NCBI RefSeq assembly: GCF_009914755.1
Contig: NC_060935.1
Direction: 5' to 3' (one strand)
Length of the DNA stretch: 64,000 nt
DNA from: the human T2T-CHM13v2.0 reference genome, Homo sapiens
The notes beneath the pieces are model-generated. The model saw only the letters and a program-made list of their open reading frames with translations. It searched no databases and was not told the origin of the DNA. Within the stretch, counting starts at the first letter, position 1. Every line of letters starts with the position of its first letter. Below, one piece after another: positions 40,511 to 53,355 of this stretch. The position numbers were made by a program, and so were the translations under genes.

Positions 40511-42391
40511 ATATTGAATGAACTGGAAAGAGGACCCAGAGTCTCAGGTGGAACCACAGACCTGACCAAGAAATTGATTTCTGCCTGAGAAGACCCTGAG
40601 CAGCAGGCCCATTTTATCTTTACCTGCACTCATAACCCATGGCAATTCTGAAATAATAAATTTATGCTGTTTAAGTTGTTAAAACAAAAAAGCCCAAACC
40701 CCCACAAATGTATATCAGGATAATAAGGAGAGATTAGAACTCTGACATACAGTTGGATAGCAAGTTTTATATTTCTAAAAGGAAAAATGAACTAGTGGAG
40801 AATGAGGAATAGCTCTGCCATAATGACCCCCCAAAAAATAAGGCCTTAGAATGTCAGGTTGTGACGCCGATCTCTGTAAAAGAAGTTGTTGCTTGAGTAG
40901 CCCTGCGTTTTGTTCTTCATCCTGACTTTTTAGAAGCAAATTTGGGTGGTTTAGAAATATAAACATAGTGTTAACACAATTTTCAATACAAGCAGATCAT
41001 ACTTTACTTTCAGAATGTAAATTTATGAAAGAGTACGTATCCCATCTACCTTTACTCAGATCCATTCTAAGTTACTAGGAAAGTGAACCATGGTAAATTT
41101 GCATGAATAACAATGCTTTCTGTGTTTGAATTAGTCCATCTTCCTACAAGCATTACCACAACTATATTTTACTTCTCAGAGTCAACTTGTACATACTAAT
41201 TGAATTGTGCACCCTTGTAGTTGGATTATCACATCCCGAATAAACTCACTCATCAGCAATCACCTTTATCTCCCACTTGCCTTTATGCAGTTAACTTAGC
41301 AAGAGTCACCTGGGGCAAACAAATTTCCATTGTTGTCTTTAACAAGAATATAATGTAGAACAAGTAAGCTATGGAAGCACCAATCTAGACAAACAGTGAG
41401 CTTTTAAAAATGTTTAACCAGGCCCAAATGGGATGCAATTTAGAACTCTGCTGGTCACCTTTGAGTGAGGGTCCCATACAATTTAGCTGAACAGTTCTTC
41501 TTATCTGGTTTATCAACTATAGACATTAAAAGCTTGATTTAAGTTGCTATATACAAAGTCAAAGAATTTAATGTTAGTGAAAAGAGCTGGAAGCAAAGAA
41601 AACTTTCAAATCATATTATCAATCAATGGTTTAATAAGACAATATGGTATTGCCAAAGCTCAGACTTTGTGTCAGAAAATGTATACTGCCTCATCTTTTC
41701 ATTATGATTAGGGCAGGAAAATCTTTTGTCAGAGAGAGTTCACCCTACTAACATAAGAGAATGTGTAAATGAGTACCCATCAAGGAGTAGAGTTAGGGTA
41801 AGAAAACAGACCATTGAAACAAAACATTATTAACTATCAAATTATGTGAAATGATGACAAACAGGATTATATTAAGACACTAGTTTAAAATTCTAAATAT
41901 AATTGCATTTTCAAAATTTTAAACACTTTTTAGGTAAACTGTTCATCAGTATTCTATGGCCATGAAAAAGAAATGAAGTATTTACTTTTTTCTGAGAATT
42001 TGTATATTTCACATGAAATCTAGTTTGAGGAATATGTATATGTATAAAGTACTCTGCAAAATAACATCCAACACTAACAAGCATACTTCCAACTTAACAT
42101 ATATGTATGTACACTCATTTGTGAGTTCCTCCAGTGACTAAACTTAGCCCAATTTTAAGCATATTGTGAATGAACATTGTGTCATCTTTCATAATATTGG
42201 CGCACATATAGGAGAAAATATGCTTAGTAATTAGAGTCCATACAAGGGGTAAAACATCACCCTGTTACATCAGACCTCTTAGTGTGTGAAAGAGTTACCT
42301 TTTGATACTGTTTTCTGAGCTAGGACTTTTACATGTGACCATTTATAACAGGACCCTATTTATAATAGGGACAACAATATCCACTACAGTT

Positions 42392-43324
42392 TTACTGCCT
42401 CACATATGTCTTGGTGATTGCTTTGTTGACTGCTTCTTTTACATCCTTATTTCTCAGACTGTAGATCATGGGATTCAACATAGGAATTACTGTGGTGTAA
42501 AACACAGCCACCATTTTGCCCTGCTCTACGGATTCCTCAGTGGGTCTCCTGAGATACATGAAGATGGGGGTCCCATAAAACATAGAAACAGCCGTCAAGT
42601 GGGACCCACAGGTGGAGAACGCCTTCCTCCTGCCATCGGCAGAGCGCATGCGTAGCACAGCTACTACAATGAGAGTGTAGGAGATGAGGACCACCGAGAG
42701 GGAATATGTGAAGTTAATTCCAGCAATAACAATCATTGTGATTTCTTTGATGTGCACTCTCCCACAGGCAATCTGGATGAGAGGGGGATCTGCACAATAG
42801 AAGTGATTGATTTCAAAGTTTCCACAGAAGTATAAGCCATAAGTCCATAGTGTGCATATTAGGCTGACAGAGAATCCATAGACATAAGGCACAGAGATGA
42901 GCCGAACACACACAGTCCTAGACATTTTACTGCCATAAAGCAGAGGGTTGCAGCCGGCCATGTACCTGTCAAAGGCCATCACAGCCAGGATATAGACCTC
43001 CACGTGGACAACGGCAATGAAAAAGTAGCACTGCACCAAGCATCCCACATAGGAAATGGTTTTTGTCTCTGATAATAAGTTTTCCAGCATTTTGGGGGTA
43101 ACGTTGGAGGAGAAGCACACGTCCGCAAAAGACAGATGACTCAGGAAAAAGTACATGGGACTCTGAAGCTGAGGACTGATGCTAATCAAAATGATCATAC
43201 CAATATTTCCCAACAGAGTGATCATGTAAACCGCTAGGAACACCACAAAAAAGAGAACCTGTAGCTCCTGACGACAGGTCAGCCCCAGGAGAGTAAATTC
43301 TGTCACATCCGTGAAATTAGGCAT
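42392..43324 (-). CDS. OR5M9: Olfactory receptor 5M9, 310 aa
   Basis: Intact ORF from ATG at 43324 ([10 protein letters not shown]); N-glycosylation site, [34 protein letters not shown]; splice acceptor CATAG at 43354-43356. Confidence 0.95.
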
Positions 43325-43861
43325 TGCCTTAGTATAGGCCAAGTCTGTGTTGCCTATGGAGAAATTGTTTCAAAAGGAAAGTAAATGAATTTGTTTTATT
43401 CTTGAAACTGAGTTGCGTTTGTCCTTATTTTAATTCAAATAATTTAAAAACAATGTACACTTTGCAAAAATGTACAATACAGGGTTTAAATATACTATAC
43501 ATAAAATGAACTGAATATATAACATAATAGACATTGCAGTTTTAGTTCTGATCCAACTTTCCTTTGCTATAGATGTCCATGATTGTAGTTTCACTTTTTT
43601 GGCTCATTATAAATGTCAAACTAGGTAAAGAGCTGCAGATGCTGTGGTCAGAGATTTTCCTATGTAAAAATTTCTGATCTCTACTGGTTTCCTGTTACTA
43701 ACAGAATTTGACTTGGGTTAGTGTTACTACTGTATTAAGTATAAAATATATGAAATAAAGCATCAAGGCATCTAAGAAACATAAACTAACACTACATTTT
43801 GTTTCAGTCACAGTGTGATGTACTTTTCTTATTTTACACAAAATCATTAGCGCTTTAGCAT

Positions 43862-43940
43862 TTAGGTTGCTGCAAAAGTTATTGTGGGTTTTGCCGTTAC
43901 TTTCAATGGCAAAAATGCAATTACTTTTGTACCAGCCTAA
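43862..43940. mobile_element. MADE1 (Hsmar1 MITE)
   Basis: ~80-bp palindrome TTAGGTTGCTGCAAAAGT...ACTTTTGTACCAGCCTAA followed by TA. Confidence 0.9.
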
Positions 43941-45074
43941 TATTAGTTTGTTTTGTTTACCTTGAAACTCCTTAAACTGTCTTGCTTAGTAGTTACATTT
44001 AACAGAAATTTAGAAATAGTTATACATATGATTTCTACATGCCCTGATCTCTAGATCCACTAAACATAATACAATAATCCAGTATAATTAAAACTCTCTA
44101 AGAAATATTTTTCTAGAGGCAACAGTCCCAGCCTTGTAATACTTATAAGAATAGCTGTTATTGAATGTTCAGGAAAACTCTTCTACGCAAATGTCCTGTA
44201 AAACAGGTTTTATTTGCATGACCATTTTACAAATGAGGAAGCTAAACACTGAGAGATTAAGAAAGTCTCCCTGGGTCAGAGGTCTACTAATTAGCAGAAT
44301 TGGGATGCAAACAAAATCATTTTAGTGTTGTGTCTTTAACAATCTTCTATTGCTGCATCTTTGACAGCCTCTTCTACCATTATATTTCTTTTCATTTGAA
44401 ATTCAGTTTGCTCATCCTCCACAATATGTGGAAGTTATCTCTTTCATAGTTCATCTTTAATGGACTTTTAAGAGCTTTGGTTACCCCAGAGCAGCCTAAA
44501 CCACTGAGATAGTAAATCACTGCAACTCTCTACTTGTCCAAGTTTATCATCCCAGGATCAGATGATAATGATTTCTGGGAGAAAATTAATTTAATACCTA
44601 AATGTGTATCATCTATCAAAATAATCAAGAAGATTGAATTTGTAATCGACAAATAAAACCCAAAATTCATTTCTATTAACACTTCAGGAATTTTTCATGA
44701 AGAAAACCAGTGAAGGCATAAATTACTGGACCAATCATGCCAACTGACCCTATATCCCCAACTCCATTCATACATATATTTAAACAATATTATGAAAGTT
44801 AATAGTTTTTGTCTGTAAAAGAGAATGAGAGGACAAAAAATGAGAAATGAGGAGTTTTGCAAATCTTCATTATAATAAGCTCATTCTTACAAAGTTTTCA
44901 ACAAACCAGGGATAGAAATACAAAAAGTTCCCAATAATATAATTTCATACAAGAAGACACTCTGATAACAAAATAAGTCTGTGAATAAGGTATTAGTTGC
45001 CTCTTCAAGACAGAGAGTGAAATTAAAATATTTGACTACATCAATCTCTATTGTAATGAGTGAAAAACTTGCAG

Positions 45075-45330
45075 ACCTACCTTCAGCATAGAGAGTAGAA
45101 AATGATAACTTCTCACTATTTATAATAATGTCTTAAACATTAGGAACACTGGGATCATCTCCCTAAAGGACGATTCAGGTAATTATGAAAAAAATAATAA
45201 GTAAAATTCTAGACACAGCTCAGGTATAGGAGCAGTTAAGGAGTGTGGATGAGAAGAAGATTTTTTAAATAAAATAGATCAAAATTCTTGATCAATAATA
45301 TAATCTTATCTCTCACTTTCACATGGGTTC
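45075..45330 (-). promoter_or_regulatory. Candidate OR5M9 first exon/promoter
   Basis: Donor AAG|GTAGGT (GT at 45080-45079); weak O/E-like CTCCCTAAAGGA near 45160; TAATTA near 45180. Confidence 0.3.
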
Positions 45331-45892
45331 TGTCTTCTTTTATTTACATATTGACAATTATGCATTTCAGCAAAATATTGGCCTGCATCATATAAAATTT
45401 CAGTGAGTCCCTTTCTTTCTGGTTGGACAATTGTTCTAAAAAGTGCCGTCTGTCAGGATAGATGATCATAGGAATGCACGTCCTATGCATCTCATGGTTG
45501 TGTTACAATGTCAGATGCCTCAAAGAATAAATCATTGGTAAAATGAGTACAAGTAGAAGTTATTACTGAAGTCAGTCAGGTCTGGGATTATACCTTTGGT
45601 ATACCACTTTCACTATGCCACCTTGGACAAGCAATGTACTTCAGAGCCTCAGTGTACTCATCTGCAGAATAGGGAAATGACTATCTTACATTTTGGTTGA
45701 GATGATCTTAGAATGATATAGGGATAACTCTCTTCCCAATGGCTGTTGCATGTGAAGCACACAAAAAGTTGTCATTATTTGTGCAGTTTTACCTCTAAAC
45801 AGTTTACTAGTATTATCTTACTACTTCTTTAGTATTCTAATATTATCCTTACCTTGAAGAATAAAAGTATTCCTATGTGAAATAAGTATGAT

Positions 45893-46203
<311 letters not shown>

Positions 46204-46734
46204 TTAAGTCTTTCCTTTTTTAATTTTAGGGTTGGGGTACATATGCAGGTTTGTTACACAGACAAAGTGGCTTGATGTACAGATTATTTCATCACCAGGT
46301 AACAAACATAGCACCTAATAGGTATTTTAGGTATTTTTTTGCTCCTCTCCCTCCCCTCACCCCTATTCTCAAGTAGGCCGTGGTTATGTTGTTGTTGTTC
46401 CCTGCTATGTGTCCATGTATTCTTGTTGTTTAGCTCCCACTTATAAGTGAGAACATGCAGTATTGGCAAGTTTACATACTATCAAGCCAAAGAACATGGA
46501 TACATGGATGCAAACTTAAATTATTTAAACTCTAAAGCATATACTTCCTCAATTTAGTCTGAAAAATCAACAACAGAATTGTGTTTGGGCAAAGTTTTTT
46601 CCAGTGTCAAAGTACCCAGAATTTATTAATTTCTTCTCACCAGTTATTGAGAAAGTCTATTAGATGAGTTTGACATTAGGGAATTTTGACTTCATATGCA
46701 ATATCTCAAGAAAATGTAGATTGGAAAAGAAGAA

Positions 46735-46737
<3 letters not shown>

Positions 46738-46785
<48 letters not shown>

Positions 46786-46795
46786 CAGAGAGAGA
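46738..46795. repeat. Compound (TG)n(AG)n microsatellite
   Basis: Direct read. Confidence 0.95.
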
Positions 46796-49486
46796 CAGGA
46801 AGAAAAAAATACAGAAGAGAAATAGAGAAAGAGATAACTTGGCTTCATGCTTAGACGTTGGAAATGCTTAAATATGATTAAGCTCACAGATGTAGAAATA
46901 AGTGTGACAATACTATCTATTTTTAAAAGTACTTTACAGAAATATCTTGAAATTCAGATGGGAAAATTGCTTTAAGCTCTGCCAAAAAATCGAGACTCAT
47001 GAAAATTATTAGGCAGAAAATACATAGGGATCAGAGTTTACAACCTTAAAAGTAACTGGATGGGTGAAAAAAGTGACTTGTCCAAGGTCATCCACAAATT
47101 CACTTGAAATTTGGAAACTCAAACCAGAAACATGGTTTGACCACTGACCTGGAGTCATCATTCTTTATGTAACACTAAACTAACCCTCAAAAGAATAAAC
47201 AGAAACACATTTCGCCTTTGAAAAAGAGAGGTAACAAAGATGGTTCAAATTTACCTGCCAATAAGCTGCAGGTGATAAAATGCTTTCAAAACACATTTTG
47301 AAATTTATTAATAACAAGAAAATAATTTGGCATATCAAGGGTTCCCCAAAAATGGCAAATAAATGTTTTTATTGACAAAATAAATTACTTTCAACTTCGG
47401 AGTAATCCCAAAAGAAGTTGTGTACCTTAGATATTAAAAGTCTCTAGAGGTTCGACATCTTTCAACCATGCTGCCCATGATTTATGTGTATGTATGTCGA
47501 AATGAGTTCATTTCACTTATAGGTTCTCTTGAGGTAAATAAAATTCAATATTGGACAAAGAAGAATGCTTTTTTACACTTTCATCAATAGCAGATAAACA
47601 TTTCTTTTTCTTCACAACCTTGCCAGCATCTAATTTTTTTGGCTTTTTGATAATAGCCATTCTGACTGGTGTGAGAAGGTATCTCGTAGTTTTGATTTCC
47701 ATTTTGTTAATCATCAGTGATGTTGAGCTTTTTCTTATGATTCTTGGCCTCATGTATCTTGGTTTAACCATTGTGGAAGACAGTGTGGGGATTACTCAAA
47801 GACCTCAGAACAGAAATATCCAGCAATTCCATGCCTGGGTATATGCCCAAGTGAATATAAATTGTTCTACTATAAAGACAAATGTACATGTATATTCACT
47901 GCAGCACTATTCACAATACAGGTAATCAACCTAAAAGCCCATTGGTGATAAACTGGATAAAGAAAATGCACATATACATCATGGAATACTAGGCAGCCAT
48001 AAGGAAAAAAACGAGATCTTGTCCTTTGCAAGAAGATAGACGGAGATAGAGACCATTATCTTTAGCAAACTAATGCAGGAACAGAAAACCAAATACCTCA
48101 TGTTCTCACTTAGAAGTGTGAGCTAAATGTTGAGAGTACAAGGACACATAGAGGGGAGCAACACACATTGAGGCCTATGAAAGGGTGGAGATTGGGAGGA
48201 GGGGGAGGATCAGGATAATAATTAATGGGTACTAGGCTTAGTACTTGGGTGATGAAATATTCTGTACCACAAACCTCTATAACACAAGTTTACCTATAGA
48301 ACAAACCTGCACTCCTACCCTTGAACTTAAAATAAAAGTTAAATAAAAAAAGAATGCTTTTCTCTCAGATGACACCAATCTTGCTTTATATTCACATCTT
48401 TGCAGATAATTTTAATTATTTAAATGTATAATATAAAATGTATAAATTACATTTCTTTAGCTATATATTGTTTGCCTCAAAACAGAAGGTGATTATTTAT
48501 TTATTTGGGCTGAGGACGTAGACTTGATGAAATAAGTTAAGTTGTAGCTTCATCCTTATGCTTCACGAAATATGGTGCAAGAGAGATGTGAAATTATGTT
48601 CCCATTATTATGTCATAAAATGTTATTGATAACAACAAATAGTGCATGCTAAATACTGAATTTATTTTAAATGCAAAAGTTAACTAGAATATGTAAGTGC
48701 CATGTCTTGGTCACAGGTGTACCAAATATCCCACATGAGTAGAATGTAATTTATTCTGTGGAATTTGGAGAGCAATGGTTTTACAATGACAGCTTCTTCC
48801 ACTAATTCTTCAACTCCTCAGTCAGAGTGAAGACACCAGCAGGGGCAAACCACAGTCTGGTGACTGGCAATCATAGAGTAGAAACACAGCAGTTCCTGGG
48901 GTCTGTGAAACAGAGACACTTACCATGTTGTGTTTCTTAAGAAACACCAAAAATTTAAAAATCATGAAATACAATAGTATTGCTATTTTCAAAGTAGCAG
49001 TCTCTGAACAGACCCTACCCAACATAATGAAAGACGCATTAAACAATAAATAATCTCATAACAATTAGAGAGACCAATATTTTATGTCTTCATGTTGGAA
49101 AACCAAATTAAATATCATGGGTTTTTTTTTTCTGCCCCACATTTGTTTTTAAGTGGGCAAATAAATATTTCTTAAATTCATGCACCTGCACTTTTCAATA
49201 AGAAAACGTCTTTTGGTTGCAGCTATTTGAGCAATTTCCCTTAGTACACCTATGAACTTTGGCACACATCACAGTTTCAATTAACTTATTTGTATGTAAT
49301 TAATCTCCATACTCACATCAACAGAAATGAATCATTCCTCCTTATATTTTCTCAATTTGTACCACTTTTATTTTTCTTTTCAACCCACAGAATATCTTTA
49401 TCTTAATGTTCCTAGGTACTGGGTAATAAACTTTTTCCAAACAAATAATAGAAGATAAAATTAAATCAAATTTGATTTTATTTTGT

Positions 49487-50410
49487 TTAACATGATCTGC
49501 TGATCACTTTCATCATGGCCTTTTTCACATCCTTGTTCCTCAGACTGTAGATCATGGGATTCAACATGGGGATCACTGTGGTATAGAACACAGCCACCAT
49601 CTTCCCCTGCTCCACAGACTCCTCTGTGGGACGTCTGAGATACATGAAGATCAGAGTACCATAGAATATAATGACAGCTGTCAGATGGGACCCACATGTG
49701 GAAAAGGCCTTCTGCCTTCCTTCTGCTGAGCGCATTCGCAGAATGGCAATGAGGATGAATAAGTAAGAGATGATAATTACAGTCAGGGAATATGTGAAGT
49801 TAATGCCGGCAAGTATGATCATTGTATATTCTTTTACAAAGGTCCCAGCACAGGCCATTTTGATGAGAGGTGGATCTGCACAGTAGAAATGGTTGATCTC
49901 AATTTTTCCACAGAAGTACAAGCCGTAAGTCCATAATGTTGCTGCCAGACTCGTCAGAAAACCATAAATGTAAGGGAAAGTAATCAGTCGAATACAGACA
50001 ACCCTTGACATTTTACTGCCATAAAGCAGAGGATTCCCAATTGCCATGTATCTATCAAAGGCCATCGCAGCAAGAATAAAAATTTCCACATGGACAAGAG
50101 CAATGAAGAAGAAACACTGTACTAAACAACCAGCATAAGTAATTGTTTTTTTATCTGATAACAGGTTTTCCAACATTTTAGGGGTGACATTGGAAGAAAA
50201 CCACACATCAACAAATGACAAGTGACTGAGGAAAAAGTACATGGGGTTGTTAAGCTGAGGACTGACCTTGATTAACACCATCATGCCGATATTGCCCACC
50301 ATGGTGATGATGTAGACCACAAGAAAGATGATGAAGAAGAGAACTTGCCATTCTCGACGGCTCGTTAGCCCCAAAAGAATGAACTCTGTCACATCGGTGA
50401 AATTGAGCAT
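49487..50410 (-). CDS. OR5M3: Olfactory receptor 5M3, 307 aa
   Basis: Intact [13 protein letters not shown]...KVISRSC with the OR motifs; acceptor TTTTAG at 50455-50456. Confidence 0.95.
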   Translation of the reverse strand: MLNFTDVTEFILLGLTSRREWQVLFFIIFLVVYIITMVGNIGMMVLIKVSPQLNNPMYFFLSHLSFVDVWFSSNVTPKMLENLLSDKKTITYAGCLVQCFFFIALVHVEIFILAAMAFDRYMAIGNPLLYGSKMSRVVCIRLITFPYIYGFLTSLAATLWTYGLYFCGKIEINHFYCADPPLIKMACAGTFVKEYTMIILAGINFTYSLTVIIISYLFILIAILRMRSAEGRQKAFSTCGSHLTAVIIFYGTLIFMYLRRPTEESVEQGKMVAVFYTTVIPMLNPMIYSLRNKDVKKAMMKVISRSC

Positions 50411-53284
50411 TTTCTGAATTCTAAGTCAATATCAGTTACAAAACTTTTTGATAACTAAAATAAAATAAAGGAAATATTAGAATATTTATTTATTAATTTA
50501 TACCTTCAGATGCTCCCTTTATACAATATCTATTAGCACACTTTGCATTCTTTTCACAGATCTTTTCTCAGTGCCTGTTATGTAACAGGCTCTGTGATGA
50601 ATAAATGTAGACAGTCCCTATTATATAACAATTATACAAAGTTTAGTGACTGAAATACACTGGTAGTAAGTAATGTGAGTAGTCATATTTCCAAGATTAT
50701 TTCATTACTTCTTAAATATCCCTCATTTCCAATGATGGCATGTTTGGAGTTTTATATTTTAAAGATAATTACAATGGATTATAGTTATTTTCGTAATAGA
50801 ACTTAAAAAGTGTACATTTTTACCTAATCTCTTTTTCATTGTAAGCATATTCTCAATGATTAGAGAAAAAAATCATATGATGAAATAATTCATCAGCCTA
50901 AAATGTTATAAAAATGTTTTTAATCTAATCTTATATTTGCATTATTTTCAACTGAAGAACAAAAAAAAGATGATAGTAGCCATCAAAGTCAAGTTAAAGG
51001 GTGAATTATTGGTCCATGTTCACACTATATAAACATTTCCTGGATATGGACTCCCAACTCTAACATGAAATTATAATCCACTAGATATCATATACTGCTG
51101 TGTTCTAGAGATTCAAAAATAGGTAAAACATACAGATTAATGTCAGTATTTATGAAGATACTAATGTAAACAAATACTTTTTAAAACTTGAATGTATTCT
51201 CATAGAGGTATAATAGGGACAGAAATTTAGGAAGTGATTTATTCTTCTTTGAGGGTTCAGTGGAATTCTAGGAAGGTTTCTTGTATATTTTGCAAATTTA
51301 TTTTCAAATATAAGATGTATCATATAGGAAACTTCTTCTAGAAAATGCTTCTCAAATTATATTTCTAAGAAAACATTAGTGCTTGGCATGATCTTACTAG
51401 ATATAATGGAGAATAATCCACAAATTTTTCTCCATCAAATGGGACATCTTTGTGTCCTGTCAAATCTCTTAGTGATTCACAATCTACCTAGTAAAGTTAT
51501 TTACTGTACACGTCATTCATTTAACATAGAAATTTACACTCACACGCACACACACCTCTATTTATGTATATACATATGTATATATATACACACACATATG
51601 TATATAAACATACATAAAGCTTATGTATATTTCTCTCATATATGTATGAGAAATTCCATTAATTGGATATTTTGTCAATGAGCATTCACATTCTGCAGAA
51701 CAGAGTGCAAATCTATCTAATAAGAATCTTGAGATAGCCTTTCAGCAGGAAATACATTTGTTGGAGATGCGATTGTGTCAAACCTTCTAATGGCTATATG
51801 TTATCTCTAGAGCAAACAATTATTCCCAAGACCCTTCTTGTAATCTGCAATGTTAAACTGTATTCAATCACAATTTGATGAAATTTATCCATATTATTAC
51901 TGGTTAGCAGTTACCCAGAAAATTAGCAGTCAGGAAGGTAAATCACAATGGATAGTGAAAATAAGTGAACATTTATCCATAGTAATAATCCAAAACTTTT
52001 CAACCACAAACTTGGAAAGAACATTTTTCTATGACTAGAGGAGAAAATTACTAATTGAAACAGATTGCATTCTACATGGCCCCAGAGGTTTGGTCTAATT
52101 AATAAAAATTTGAAGGATTAATTAGTGGGTACATTTTTAAAAATGAATAATAGTTAAAGTTCTAAAAACTGTGTATACTGCCTTAGAATATATTTATATA
52201 TAGACTGTAAAATCTGTTACAGAGTTGTTAAAATCTCTAAGATCCTTAGATTTATATCCAAACGGAGATTACAGACATGTCAACAGATAACTCCAGATTT
52301 CTGGTTCAACAGTTTATATCTGTGGCTGCCTGAAATGTTCTTGCTGGCAATAGAGGGATTCTTATTTGGAAAGTCATATCTCATTTTGTAGTGACGGGTG
52401 ATTCAGCACAAACAAGGATGTAGAAGATGGCATTGTTAGTACTCCCCTCAAGCTAAATACCAAGAGCCCTGAGTGACGGTTATCCAGGTGATAAATAGCA
52501 ATAGTAAAATTACAGGAAACTAGGGGTTAGATTTCATCCTAGGGGGTGCGAAGTGTACAAAGAAATAGAGATTAGGGGACCTCAAGAGTATTTAGAGAAT
52601 TTCCTCACCACCTAAATTTAAAAATACACACATGACCTTCCCTTATTGAATTACTTTATTTCAAATTAAAATGCCCATAAATATGGATTCTTTTCCAGAT
52701 CAGGTATGAAGCAATATTAAGTATCCTAGTTAAAGTGTTCTGTTTCTATCATCAGAGCTTGGTTGGATCCAGGCTCTATGATTTATTTTATAAAACTGGA
52801 CATGTTTTATTCTTGTTTTGTTTTGCTTTTACTTTTTATGTTCCTCAGTAGGACTTAATGATAATATCCATTTCTTTGTGTGTTTGTGAATATGAAAAGA
52901 TATATTAAGTATTAACACATAATAAATATGAAAACAATTATCAGATACACTCCATTATTCACTTGTAATTATCAAATAATATAATCCTATTGAAAATGTA
53001 TCTCTCTTTTGTGTATCTCAACACATACATAACAGATAAAATCATGAATGCATTTCTATAAATCGTAAAAGAAAATAAAATCTCCAATGCAAGCTCCATC
53101 TGACAATTCCAGATAGATACATTTTTCACCAACCTGAGAATGATGAGAAATATTCCCAATGTGGTTGCAGAGTTGAAAAGCGCATGCTATATATGGGAAT
53201 GGTAAACACTTTCAACCTGATGAAAGGGAAACTTGGAAAAGTCCACAGTGGAAGCCTCCCTTAACTGCTTGCCTTAGAAAGCAA

Positions 53285-53355
53285 GGAGCAATTAAGATTT
53301 ATTTTATTTTTTCCCGTAGAAATGGCCCCTTGGGAAATGAATCTCTAGAGAGAAA
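53285..53355 (-). promoter_or_regulatory. Candidate OR5M3 promoter (O/E + homeodomain sites)
   Basis: TTCCCAAGGGG (53336-53326), TCTCTAGAGA and TAATTG (53294-53289), about 2.9 kb upstream of the ATG. Confidence 0.5.

Noticed and set aside
43325-43342. ORF-track N-terminal extension MAYTKA of OR5M9 (316 aa)
   Set aside because: It starts at TTG; the first ATG is at 43324 and aligns with the OR5M3 start
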